Positions 8,602-18,248 of a stretch of DNA of 64,000 nt are shown piece after piece; position 1 is the first letter of the stretch, and every line of letters starts with the position of its first letter. The position numbers and the translations under genes are program-made. The stretch lies in the NCBI GenBank assembly GCA_016778305.1, contig JADHPT010000001.1:136457-200456 (forward strand), read 5' to 3'. This DNA is from Poseidonia sp. (GTDB taxonomy: Archaea; Thermoplasmatota; Poseidoniia; Poseidoniales; Poseidoniaceae). The notes beneath the pieces were generated by a model, which did not search any database, was not told the origin of the DNA, and saw only the letters and a program-made list of their open reading frames with translations.

Positions 8602-10686
8602 CGTCTCATCAATAACTCGTCCCCACGGGTCGAGTTCTTCGCTGATTTGACTTGCTTCTCCTTGTTCCTCTGGCATCGCATCTTTCTCAACGATTGTTCC
8701 TTTATGTTGAGGTGTCTGAAACGTCATTGCAGCGAAATACAGAGTGAGGGTGAACATGAGGAGTGCAATGATTCGTCCCGGCGTTCTGTAGGTTGCTAAG
8801 AATTCATCATCCTCACTATCTGCTCTTAATTCGACATTGATAATCCACTGCTGTCCTTCTTCAGTGTGCAGTTCAATATGGCCTTGTACGATCATATTAT
8901 CAACCAATAATCCAGTTGGCTCAATCGTGAGTACATAGGTACTGTTTTCTCCAATTGTCACGGATGGCGGGCCGCTTGCGACGCGGGACAAGGCGCCGTC
9001 AATGTGTACGGAAAGGCGCTGTGTATTTGCTCCTAATGATTCAATCGGGATTTCCAACAAGGTATTTGATACAACATTGATGCGGCTGGAATAATCAGCC
9101 CCAATCGGAATTCGATTTAACGTATGAACCGTGTATTCAATGTTGAATATATCTTGCTCACAAAGAATGTTTCCCGTAAGTACAGCAATGGAGTTAGGCG
9201 TGCCTTGGGAACTAAAGTTAAGATGATAAAATCCGCTTTGATGATTCATCAGACCAACTGATCTTCCATCACTGGACGAGAGTTCTGAAGAACATGTCGT
9301 TGTTATCGGTATGCCAGTGCTGATGGTACCGCTAGGGAGGATGGTTGCAACGTGGTCAGGTAGATCGAATTCTACATTTGGGGAGCAATTAGCGGATGTG
9401 AATTCAACCGTTGTTTCGTTTCCGATGAGCACATTCGCTGTCCAGGGTACAAGGAGCCCGTCATGCGTGCGAATCTCAATACCGCTTGCACCAAAATAAC
9501 TCCCATTTGTGAAAACATCTGATGCTTCACCTTGATTTGCCCCAGATAGCATGTCCTGTCGACCGTCTGCCTCAATCACCATGAGCCAAGGAAGGTTTGG
9601 ATTGGAGTTGACTTCATTATTGTCGATATTGCCTACGCTTTGATCTTGATAGGTCACCAAGATACCGTGACCGGGGAGCCGACTATCATATCCAACGTCG
9701 GTTCGTAATTCAACAAAGACGGCTTCATCATCGGCAAGAGGGATTCGTAATATTTCTCCCCCCTCACTCGTCCCCTCCATCGTGATGGTTGGGCCCAAAC
9801 AGGGCTCAGCGGTACCAACAGGCCATGTGAGGTCCAACTCTTTGATTCGTGGACTCTCGATCAATTCCATGCTTGCACCCGTAGGCAAAGCTGGCCAGCG
9901 ACCTGCCCCGTTCCAATTTCCACTCGCCATTATATCCCAGTCGCCAAGACCTTTCCAAGATTGGAATGATGTCTCATCATGAACTGGATACAAATCAACA
10001 GCACCCATTTGATGCATCATTTCGTGAAGGATCGTGCCGACACCACTCGATCCAGTTTGCAAACTCGCCATGGTATAGTGATTGGCTACCATAGAATCTG
10101 CTACGGATATCGGTTCTTCAAAATGGGTGAAATGACTCCAGATACGTTCAGTGCGTGATGGATTCTCTTCCTGCCCCTTTGCCGAATGCAATAACAACAG
10201 ACGATCAACTTCACCATTGCTATCCAAATCAAAAGTTGACCAGTCAACATCATCTTTGATTGCATCAACGACGTATGTTGCCAATTGATTGGGTAAGAAA
10301 TCACCCTTGGCATTGGTGTCCCGTGCATTGTTATCCTCCCCATAGAATGCTAGATTCGATGACGCTCTTACAACTTCCTGGTGAACAAGAACCTCAAATT
10401 GAGTCGTTCCTCCAGAGAGTTGGTCGAGATATTCTGAAGCACTTTGGGTGACGAGATTCTCAGCTTCTTCAACACCCCATGCCTCAGTTGAGGGGTAATC
10501 AGGGAAATCAACCACAACGACCAACCAAGTTTCATTCGTTTGTAGGCCGAGTAAATCGGAGTGGTCTTCGTTAGCCGTTACCACTTGTTGAACGATCCAA
10601 TCCTCAACGGTTTCATCGTTGACCCATGCCCACAGTCCAGAACAAAGAAAAAGAAGCGAAAGGAAGAGTGTCACCAACCGCTTCAT
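8593..10686 (-). CDS. secreted M6 (InhA-like) zinc metalloprotease with C-terminal membrane anchor
   Basis: Signal peptide MKRLVTLFLSLLFLCSG with a possible lipobox. Zinc motif HEMMHQMGAVD (HExxHxxGxxD). C-terminal hydrophobic segment IIALLMFTLTLYFAAMTF with an acidic tail. Confidence 0.75.
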   Translation of the reverse strand: MKRLVTLFLSLLFLCSGLWAWVNDETVEDWIVQQVVTANEDHSDLLGLQTNETWLVVVVDFPDYPSTEAWGVEEAENLVTQSASEYLDQLSGGTTQFEVLVHQEVVRASSNLAFYGEDNNARDTNAKGDFLPNQLATYVVDAIKDDVDWSTFDLDSNGEVDRLLLLHSAKGQEENPSRTERIWSHFTHFEEPISVADSMVANHYTMASLQTGSSGVGTILHEMMHQMGAVDLYPVHDETSFQSWKGLGDWDIMASGNWNGAGRWPALPTGASMELIESPRIKELDLTWPVGTAEPCLGPTITMEGTSEGGEILRIPLADDEAVFVELRTDVGYDSRLPGHGILVTYQDQSVGNIDNNEVNSNPNLPWLMVIEADGRQDMLSGANQGEASDVFTNGSYFGASGIEIRTHDGLLVPWTANVLIGNETTVEFTSANCSPNVEFDLPDHVATILPSGTISTGIPITTTCSSELSSSDGRSVGLMNHQSGFYHLNFSSQGTPNSIAVLTGNILCEQDIFNIEYTVHTLNRIPIGADYSSRINVVSNTLLEIPIESLGANTQRLSVHIDGALSRVASGPPSVTIGENSTYVLTIEPTGLLVDNMIVQGHIELHTEEGQQWIINVELRADSEDDEFLATYRTPGRIIALLMFTLTLYFAAMTFQTPQHKGTIVEKDAMPEEQGEASQISEELDPWGRVIDETLT

Positions 10687-10724
10687 GCGTCATCCTAGTC
10701 CTTTGAGCGTTTGAAACTTCGTTG

Positions 10725-12071
10725 TTATTGCATAGAAAACGCTTTGATTCCATACTCCCCTTGGATGACTCGTTCAATCTCTGTGTAGTCGCTCATATCT
10801 TGCGGCAAACGGAGCACCAGTGTGTCTTGATTAACATAATTCCAACGTGTATCTCCGGTCGGCATAATAGCATAGTTTTGGGGAAGTGTTTCCTGTTCTT
10901 CAAGAAGGTCACGTAGCCGAAAAGGTATGCTCGCATGGTCAAAGGGGTCGTTCATTTGAAGCAGAGCTAGTTGTACTTCGAATGATGTTTCTTGGTTGGA
11001 CATGACTCGATGATTCTGTAAAGCCATGAGATTCAATCCGTGCAAGGTGGCATCCAGCCGCTGAAAATTATTTTTGAACTGTACAGGGCAAGGTGTTCCA
11101 TCGCATCCTGTAATCACAGCATCCGTGATGTTTTCATTGATGAGGTGACCTATCACTGCATTTCTATCACGTTTATTCTGACAAATATTGCTGGTTCGTA
11201 CGGTCGAATACCCCGGAAAAGGAGTAAACCCATGATGATCATTTGCTCCCGAGCAGGAACAATCTAAGATGGCAACTTTCCTTCGCCTTCCTTCAGAATC
11301 GAAACGAGGTGATGCCCGGCCATAGGTGTCTATTTGTTTTGAAAACCATTGAAGCCCCACTACCTCGCCACCGGTCCAAAAGAGAATTAAAACGGGCAAA
11401 ATGGCTGATTGCATTTGATCGGGAATTGATAAAACCAAGAGCATTGATCCCATTCCATAGATTCTGAACCGCCACAGATCTGAAGAATCCTGATGAAGGA
11501 TACCCATGATTCCAAGGATCACAAGAGAACTCCAAGCGATGAAGAAAATCAACAATATCCAAAGTGTCGATAGGAGGATCACTAACAGTTCTACAGCACT
11601 GTATTGCGCCTCAAGCCCAACTGCTATGTGATTGGCGTGACCCTTTGCGTAAATGATCGGAAATACTTCCAACACCAATAAGCCTGCAAGGAAGATGGTA
11701 AAGAGAACAGAACTCCATGTCCAACGACGTAGTGCATTGAATTCTGCCGGGAGCAAGCCAGGTTTGGCAAATTGATGCATCTGGTATAAGAGGAGCGGAA
11801 GGCATGAAAAAATGCCCAGGAGAATTGAAGCCATCCATCGTACGACACTCCATTGCGCAGGTTCGTAGATGTTCAAGCATGATTCTGAACAAGGTTGTAA
11901 ATGCCCCATAAGGCTTGCGAGTGTCGAATCAATCATTGTATACCATGTGAAGGACATCAAGCAAATACTGATGAACAATATCGTTGTACGTAATGTCAGT
12001 TCATCAAGATGGCTTTGAAGGGAGGCATCGCTGTCCGATTCAAGAAGAACCGACATCGTTGAACATCTCAC
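10725..12071 (-). CDS. tatC: Sec-independent translocase TatC fused to a ~200-aa C-terminal Cys-containing soluble domain
   Basis: First ~250 aa are a six-TM TatC: HLDELTLRTTILFISI (cf. HLEELRKRL) and YQMHQFAKPGLLPAEF (cf. FxxPGLyxxE). C-terminal domain ILDCSCSGANDHHG...ICQNK...ITGCDGTPCP is of unknown function. Confidence 0.7.
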   Translation of the reverse strand: MRCSTMSVLLESDSDASLQSHLDELTLRTTILFISICLMSFTWYTMIDSTLASLMGHLQPCSESCLNIYEPAQWSVVRWMASILLGIFSCLPLLLYQMHQFAKPGLLPAEFNALRRWTWSSVLFTIFLAGLLVLEVFPIIYAKGHANHIAVGLEAQYSAVELLVILLSTLWILLIFFIAWSSLVILGIMGILHQDSSDLWRFRIYGMGSMLLVLSIPDQMQSAILPVLILFWTGGEVVGLQWFSKQIDTYGRASPRFDSEGRRRKVAILDCSCSGANDHHGFTPFPGYSTVRTSNICQNKRDRNAVIGHLINENITDAVITGCDGTPCPVQFKNNFQRLDATLHGLNLMALQNHRVMSNQETSFEVQLALLQMNDPFDHASIPFRLRDLLEEQETLPQNYAIMPTGDTRWNYVNQDTLVLRLPQDMSDYTEIERVIQGEYGIKAFSMQ

Positions 12072-13099
12072 AGGAGATCGGTGTATTGCTGTGGGGCTCT
12101 AGCTTGAACAATGGTTCGATAGACGCCATAGATTGCCCAGAGTGTGAGCATACCAGCGACCAGAGCATACCCCCAAGGTTGTCCATCGTCAACAAGATAT
12201 GCAAAGAGAACTGCTAGTCCAGCCGCTAATGCTCCGCGTCGCAATCCCTGCGGTATCGCTAGACTCTTGTCAAGGTGTGGTGGGCCACCTCCAAATTTGC
12301 GTTCATAGAATTCTCCCTGTATGACTGCTGCAACGATGATAAGTGATAATGTAGCCCAGTAGTAGAGGTTTCCGTTGGTGAAGAAGTCATCAGCAATGCC
12401 CTCTTGTCGTTCGGCCTCAAGTGCCTCAGGGTCTTCTACAGCTACGAAGAGTGCATCATAGTCTCCAACGCTGATCGTTCTCATTGAGACGTCTTCGTTG
12501 GTTGCTATTTCGGTCGCACCGGGTTCACTGATGGTGAAGGCGAGAATATTCCACTTATCGCCTTCATCGAAGTTTCCGTTCCCGTTAACTGCGTTTCCAA
12601 CGAGTTGGAAATTCACGGGGCCTGCATCTTCTGCGGGAGCAGTCCACTGGATAACCCAGTCATTACCAGGTTCGCTTTGAGACAGTGCACCGGGCTCTTC
12701 TGACATAACTTGACTGCCTTCTCCAGCAGTGAATGTACCGGATCCGTAGTCGTAAATCACGAAGCCTCCAATTTCGTTGGAAGCATGTTGAAGCTTGATG
12801 GTCATTTCATAGGTTTCGCTTAGATTGTACGCCCTCGGGACATTGGAGATGGAAACGACCACTTCAGTTGATGGAGCTCCTCCACCGTGGCACGTACACC
12901 CAGTATCAACAATGTCTTTTCCTCCGTTATCCCATGGCGGTCCGTTGGGGTTTCCAAGCGCTGGAGCAACCAGCATCAGGGCGAACAAGAGGATGAGAGT
13001 GACGAATCGTGTGTTGCGTTGCATGTACTCACCTGTTATTTGCACTTGGCCTCTCTCTTTGAATGTTGCTTCATCACCGTGGTTAGAAACACCGTTCAT
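12068..13099 (-). CDS. hypothetical secreted, membrane-anchored protein (TGCTCHGGG motif, 3 C-terminal TM helices)
   Basis: Probable real start at internal Met 13024 (MQRNTRFVTLILLFALMLVAPALG signal peptide). Extracellular beta-rich domain. Three predicted C-terminal TM helices. Confidence 0.5.
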   Translation of the reverse strand: MNGVSNHGDEATFKERGQVQITGEYMQRNTRFVTLILLFALMLVAPALGNPNGPPWDNGGKDIVDTGCTCHGGGAPSTEVVVSISNVPRAYNLSETYEMTIKLQHASNEIGGFVIYDYGSGTFTAGEGSQVMSEEPGALSQSEPGNDWVIQWTAPAEDAGPVNFQLVGNAVNGNGNFDEGDKWNILAFTISEPGATEIATNEDVSMRTISVGDYDALFVAVEDPEALEAERQEGIADDFFTNGNLYYWATLSLIIVAAVIQGEFYERKFGGGPPHLDKSLAIPQGLRRGALAAGLAVLFAYLVDDGQPWGYALVAGMLTLWAIYGVYRTIVQARAPQQYTDLL

Positions 13100-14517
13100 A
13101 TTTCCTTGATGGCATTGTTCAGGCCGGTCATCATCGCCTTACCATCTCCGAACAACATCATGGTCTTATCCATGTAGAAGAGGTCATTGTCAACACCTGC
13201 GTAACCCACGGAAAGTGAGCGCTTGATGATGACAACTGTGCGTGCAGCATCTGCATCAATGATGGGCATACCGGCCAACGGTCCTTCCCCACTTCGAGCT
13301 GCTGGATTGGTCGTATCGTTAGCACCGATGATCACAGCCACATCACACTCAGGGAATTCTGGATTGATTTCATCCATTTCAATGAGTTGCTCGTAGGGGA
13401 CATTGGCTTCAGCCAAGAGGACATTCATGTGTCCAGGCATGCGGCCAGCTACCGGATGAATCGCATACTTCACTTCGGTACCGAATTTCTCAGCGATGAG
13501 GTCAGCAAATTCCTTCACTTGGTGCTGGCATTGTGAAACAGCCATTCCGTAACCTGGTACGATGATAACTTTCTGAGCGCCATCAACCATCATAGCGACT
13601 TCATCGGCGTCTGAACCTACTTTCGTACGTGTCAACTGAGCCTTTTCTCCGCTTCCACCAAAGGACTTGAAGAGAACATCTGGCAAGGTTCGGTTCATTG
13701 CTTTGCACATAATGAACGTCAAAATCAATCCCGATGCACCTACGAGTGAACCTGCCACGATGAGAACCGAGTTTCCGATGATAAATCCAGTGAATGCTGC
13801 GGCGATACCTGAAAGGGAATTGAGAAGTGAAACAACTACGGGCATATCTGCTCCACCAATTGGAAGAACCAAAACAATTCCAAGTATACAAGAAATTGCG
13901 ATAATCGCCCAGAGGTAGTCTGTATTTCGTGGGTCATCAATACTTAGGTAGATGAGTGCAAATACGGACAGAATCAATAGGACCTTGACAGGATTGAGCC
14001 ATGTCGGACCCCAGGTTGGTGTTTTAATCCACTTTCCAAAGACCGAAATTCCACCTTTGAGTTTGAACATTGCAAGAATCGATCCTGTAAGCGTCATCCA
14101 TCCCACAAGAGCAGAAAGGCCTGCAGCTACCATAATTACCTGAATGTTAAGGCCGGTTGGGAGAACAAGATCAGTGTTTTCGATATACTTCCATGATTCG
14201 GACAACGCCACCAATGCAGATGCGGCTCCACCAAATCCGTTGAACAACGCAACGAGTTCTGGCATTCCTGTCATTTCAACACGAACAGCCATAATGATTC
14301 CAATGACTGAACCAACGACAAGTCCTGCGATAATGAGGGTCCACTGGGCTCCACCATCCGACTGTATTTTGACGACTGTAGTAAGGACTGCAACGAGCAT
14401 ACCGAGTGCCCCGTATTGATTTCCAAGAGGAGCGGTTCTCGGATGCCCGAGTTTTTTCAAACCGAAGATAAAGAGGGCAGCGGACAGCAGGTAGCCAATA
14501 GGAATCCATTCTTCCAT
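13096..14517 (-). CDS. pntB: NAD(P) transhydrogenase subunit beta
   Basis: Multi-TM N-terminal half. C-terminal NADP(H) domain GYGMAVSQCQHQV...IHPVAGRMPGHMNVLLAEA. Start set at the internal ATG (MEEWIPIG) to avoid overlap with pntA part 2. Confidence 0.9.
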   Translation of the reverse strand: MEEWIPIGYLLSAALFIFGLKKLGHPRTAPLGNQYGALGMLVAVLTTVVKIQSDGGAQWTLIIAGLVVGSVIGIIMAVRVEMTGMPELVALFNGFGGAASALVALSESWKYIENTDLVLPTGLNIQVIMVAAGLSALVGWMTLTGSILAMFKLKGGISVFGKWIKTPTWGPTWLNPVKVLLILSVFALIYLSIDDPRNTDYLWAIIAISCILGIVLVLPIGGADMPVVVSLLNSLSGIAAAFTGFIIGNSVLIVAGSLVGASGLILTFIMCKAMNRTLPDVLFKSFGGSGEKAQLTRTKVGSDADEVAMMVDGAQKVIIVPGYGMAVSQCQHQVKEFADLIAEKFGTEVKYAIHPVAGRMPGHMNVLLAEANVPYEQLIEMDEINPEFPECDVAVIIGANDTTNPAARSGEGPLAGMPIIDADAARTVVIIKRSLSVGYAGVDNDLFYMDKTMMLFGDGKAMMTGLNNAIKEI

Positions 14518-14518
14518 C

Positions 14519-14830
14519 TCAAGCCCTCCTTTTCTTTCCTGCAATCATATTGAGCATACGATTTGTGACGGCGAAACCACCTACGACGTTGATCATTGCG
14601 AGGACAATTGCAACAAATGCTAGGATTCCGGAGAGGAGTGTTTGGTCTCCATCAAAGGCCACATTGGCTGCAAATAAGGCTCCAACCACGCTGATTCCAG
14701 AAATGGCGTTTGCACCGCTCATGAGAGGCGTGTGGAGCGTGGCTGGCACTTTGGTGATCAACTCAAAACCAAGGAAAATTGCGAGCATAAAGAGCGTTAA
14801 GTTAGCGATTAAGGAAGCTTCTGTTATCAT
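14519..14830 (-). CDS. pntA: NAD(P) transhydrogenase subunit alpha part 2 (membrane component)
   Basis: 103 aa with three TM helices. Position and size typical of PntAB in the split pntAA-pntAB-pntB arrangement. Confidence 0.85.
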   Translation of the reverse strand: MITEASLIANLTLFMLAIFLGFELITKVPATLHTPLMSGANAISGISVVGALFAANVAFDGDQTLLSGILAFVAIVLAMINVVGGFAVTNRMLNMIAGKKRRA

Positions 14831-15990
14831 TCAACCACCCCTGCGAGTCGTGTTTGTTTAGGATGCATTTTTCCGTCTTTACAGATGAGAACGCCTCCCA
14901 TGCCGTTGACATAAAAGTCCGAGCCTTCAGGTGCCCCGACCAAAATATCATCATCGTCTGAAATGACGACTTCGTGTTCTTTCACCAGTGAGGCGAAGAA
15001 TGTTGTAAGATTGTTGGAATAAAGCATACTAGCGGTGTTTGCAAGTGTTCCAGGGAGGTTCGAGGTACCAACGATGATGACCCCGTTTTCCGTCGTCATG
15101 ACTTCTCCTTGTACGGTGTCCTCGCAATTTCCACCCACATCTGCATTCATGTCAACAACAACGGCACCCGACTTGAAGGTCGCCACGGCCGATGAAGGCA
15201 CCGTTATAGGAGCGGGACGGCCAAAGATTCGAGCCGTTGTGACGATGATGTCAGCGTCGGCTGCTACACCACAAACCGTATCATTGACTTTCTGAATGAA
15301 TTCAGGGGTCAGTGGTTTGGCGTAACCAGACTCATCTTCAAAATCATCCATTCCGTCGACTTCTATGAAGCGTCCTCCAACAGATTCAATTTGTTCAGCG
15401 GCAGATTTACGAACGTCTGAAGCGTACACCACTGCTCCCAATCGTTTGGCTGTTGCAATGGCTTGGAGGCCTGCGACACCGCTGCCCATGATGACAACTT
15501 TTGCAGGGCGAATGGTTCCAGCAGATGTCGTCATCATTGGTATGCCTCTCGGAACGTGTGCGGCACCAAGAAGAACTGCTTTGTAACCAGCTAAATTGTC
15601 TTGGCTGGAGTTCACGTCCATTGATTGTGCACGGGAAAGGCGGCGAGGGATCATGTCCATGGATAGAAGTGTAATCTTAGCATCCATACACGCTTTCACG
15701 TATTCCGGATGGCGAAACGGGTCTGAGACACAAGCAAGGTTCGTTCCCTCTGCGATTCCTTTGACTCCCGGGAATTGAATCGCTACGATATTTTGGCAGG
15801 TCAATGCTTCCTTACGGCTTACGATTTTAGCGCCTGCGGCTTCATAATCTTCATCATTATAATTCGCTGCAAGACCTGCTCCAGCCTCGACACATACCTC
15901 AAATCCGGCTCGAGATAATTTTTTCATGCTCGATGGGACAATGCCAACACGTGTTTCACCCTCAGGCTCTTTGGGAACACCAAGTTTCAT
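14827..15990 (-). CDS. pntA: NAD(P) transhydrogenase subunit alpha part 1 (AlaDH/PNT domains)
   Basis: 387 aa with AlaDH/PNT N and C domains. Rossmann GSGVAGLQAI. ATGA overlap with the downstream pntA part 2. Confidence 0.9.
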   Translation of the reverse strand: MKLGVPKEPEGETRVGIVPSSMKKLSRAGFEVCVEAGAGLAANYNDEDYEAAGAKIVSRKEALTCQNIVAIQFPGVKGIAEGTNLACVSDPFRHPEYVKACMDAKITLLSMDMIPRRLSRAQSMDVNSSQDNLAGYKAVLLGAAHVPRGIPMMTTSAGTIRPAKVVIMGSGVAGLQAIATAKRLGAVVYASDVRKSAAEQIESVGGRFIEVDGMDDFEDESGYAKPLTPEFIQKVNDTVCGVAADADIIVTTARIFGRPAPITVPSSAVATFKSGAVVVDMNADVGGNCEDTVQGEVMTTENGVIIVGTSNLPGTLANTASMLYSNNLTTFFASLVKEHEVVISDDDDILVGAPEGSDFYVNGMGGVLICKDGKMHPKQTRLAGVVE

Positions 15991-16170
15991 GATTTCAACC
16001 TACCAGACTGACCCACCTCTGAGGTAGGTACAAATTGCCCACCTAAAGGAGGTTTTTAGATACCTCGCTTTGGGATGATGGCTTGCTTCACGCCAATGTT
16101 CATTCTCAGCGGGAATATATTGGAACAATTCTTGGAACTATTCACACCATTGTGCTTATGGACTGTGGCC

Positions 16171-16178
16171 GAATCGTT
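16171..16178 (+). promoter_or_regulatory. putative TATA box (TTATTTTT) 22-29 nt upstream of mdh ATG (possible leaderless transcript)
   Basis: AT-rich element in the 200-nt divergent intergenic region between pntAA and mdh. Confidence 0.3.
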
Positions 16179-16199
16179 ATTTTTGAAAGGGTGTTAAGC

Positions 16200-17138
16200 A
16201 TGGCGAACGGACGACGAAAAATTGCAGTAATTGGAGCAGGAAATGTTGGTGCCACATGTGCTTTTGTCCTTGCCCAGATGAATGTAGCTGACATCGTTCT
16301 TCTCGATATCTACGAAGGATTCGCCAAAGGGAAAGCGTTGGATATGTCTCAAAATGCTAATGTCCTCAACTACGACGGGCGAATCACAGGTACAGCCGAT
16401 TACAATGACATTGCAGGAGCAGAAGTTGTGGTCGTCACGTCTGGATTCCCACGTCAACCCGGTATGACGCGAGAAGATTTGATCGGAAAGAACGCTGACA
16501 TCGTGTCACAAGTTGGTCAAGGAATTCGAGAACATGCTCCCGATAGCGTGGTCATCGTCGTGACAAATCCCCTCGATTTGATGACCTATCACATGCAGAA
16601 AGTTACAGGTTTCCCTGCTGAGCGCGTAATTGGTCAAGCCGGCGTCCTCGACAGCGCGCGAATGGCTCACTTTATCGCTCTCGAACTCGGTTGTGCTGAA
16701 GAAGATGTATCACCGATGGTTCTTGGCGGTCACGGTGACACCATGGTCCCGCTTCCTCGATATACGACCGTCGGTGGGATCCCAATCACACAATTGATGG
16801 ATAGCGATCGTATTGAGGCCATCAGCGCTCGAACGGCCAGTGGTGGAGGAGAGATTGTAAAATTGCTTGAACGTGGTTCAGCATTCTATGCCCCAGGTTC
16901 CGCAGCGGCTGTTATGGCGGAATCAGTTCTCAACGATCGGAAGCGAATGCTTCCTGCGTCTTGTCTTCTCTCTGGTCAATACGGACTCGACGACGTGTAC
17001 ATTGGCGTTCCGTGTATCATTGGTGCCTCTGGAGTAGAGCGCACCTTTGAGTTGGAGCTCACCGAGGCGGAATTGTCCTCTCTGCAGGGCTCGGGTAACT
17101 TCTACAAGACTCAGTTGAGTGAACTTTTGGGCTATTGA
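16200..17138 (+). CDS. mdh: malate dehydrogenase (LDH-like family)
   Basis: Start at ATG 16200 (MANGRRKIAVIGAGNVGA). Motifs TSGFPRQPGMTREDL, VTNPLD, GGHGDTMVPL. Confidence 0.9.
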   Translation: MANGRRKIAVIGAGNVGATCAFVLAQMNVADIVLLDIYEGFAKGKALDMSQNANVLNYDGRITGTADYNDIAGAEVVVVTSGFPRQPGMTREDLIGKNADIVSQVGQGIREHAPDSVVIVVTNPLDLMTYHMQKVTGFPAERVIGQAGVLDSARMAHFIALELGCAEEDVSPMVLGGHGDTMVPLPRYTTVGGIPITQLMDSDRIEAISARTASGGGEIVKLLERGSAFYAPGSAAAVMAESVLNDRKRMLPASCLLSGQYGLDDVYIGVPCIIGASGVERTFELELTEAELSSLQGSGNFYKTQLSELLGY

Positions 17139-17779
17139 GTTCGCTCGATACAGAGGCTCTCATGAGCCCCCGTTGTCGTTGCATTATTTGCCGGGTTTGA
17201 TCTTCGAACCAAGGTTTTTCCCTGTCGACCACGACTCCGCATTCTCGTAAGAATCTCTTGACCAATGTAGCATCCTTTGTTCGGATGAACAAGATCCTCC
17301 AAACCACATGCATAAGGGTGAACATTCGGTGTAATTTCGGCCCCGTGATAGGGGATCATGTTGACAATTCTGAATTCATCCCATTCTGCTTTGTCCCAGG
17401 AGCCTTGGATTTCGTATTTCTTTGGGATAATTGCCATCGGGCCCATGAAACTGTTCAAACGTGTAGATCCATCTGGAAGTTCTTCGGGCACCGGTCCAAC
17501 AAATACATCGTTGTTCGGACTGATGTCGCGTATTGTAATCGCTCGTTCCAGAATCCTGGGCTTGAGATGGTTTATCACGTCGCTTTTGAAGGGTTGGTAT
17601 CCAATAATGGCTACATTTGTGCCGACTGGAAGAATTTCGCAAACGTCAATGATCTTAGCATTTGCACGGGTGAAAATGGTTGAACATTGACCTGCTACGT
17701 GATTTGTGGACAATCCATCAATAAAATCGAGAATGGATTCTCCTTCAAGTAGGAGAATGTATGCATCGTGTTGGAACAT
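17132..17779 (-). CDS. YgfZ/GcvT-fold folate-binding protein (Fe-S cluster maintenance family)
   Basis: C-terminal KGCYIGQEILTRMRSRG (KGCYxGQE signature). Start moved to ATG 17779 to avoid a 35-nt overlap with iscA. Confidence 0.6.
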   Translation of the reverse strand: MFQHDAYILLLEGESILDFIDGLSTNHVAGQCSTIFTRANAKIIDVCEILPVGTNVAIIGYQPFKSDVINHLKPRILERAITIRDISPNNDVFVGPVPEELPDGSTRLNSFMGPMAIIPKKYEIQGSWDKAEWDEFRIVNMIPYHGAEITPNVHPYACGLEDLVHPNKGCYIGQEILTRMRSRGRQGKTLVRRSNPANNATTTGAHESLCIERTQ

Positions 17780-17792
17780 GAATGTCTTCCCA

Positions 17793-18173
17793 TTATGCGA
17801 AAGATTCTCCACAACCGCACGAGGCACTTGCGTTTGGATTGCTTATCTTGAAGCCACCACCCATCAATCGGTCAACATAATCAATTTCAATGCCGTCAAG
17901 CAGGTGGCTGGATGCACGGGGAACCAAAACACGATATCCCTTGATGTTCAATTCTTGGCATGGTGTTTCTGTTGATTCTACAATTTGCAGGTCATACATG
18001 TAACCTGAGCATCCTCCACTCAAAACGCCGACGAGAAGAGCGTGGCTTCGATCGTCACCGAAGGCTTCTGAGAGCATGTCAGTCGCTTTGTCTGTCATGG
18101 TCAAATTGACATCAACTTCATCAGGAACATTCAGTTCAATGGTCGGAGTAGTCTCACAAGTCCCGCAGTCCAT
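17793..18173 (-). CDS. iscA: iron-sulfur cluster insertion protein, HesB/IscA/ErpA family
   Basis: 126 aa. C-terminal SCGCGESF signature plus an upstream conserved Cys. Confidence 0.85.
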   Translation of the reverse strand: MDCGTCETTPTIELNVPDEVDVNLTMTDKATDMLSEAFGDDRSHALLVGVLSGGCSGYMYDLQIVESTETPCQELNIKGYRVLVPRASSHLLDGIEIDYVDRLMGGGFKISNPNASASCGCGESFA

Positions 18174-18248
18174 GGTACATCCAACCGCTCACCGTTCTTG
18201 AACTTGACTTGTAGCAGTGAAAACTGAATGGTGTTTGAACCACGTTGT

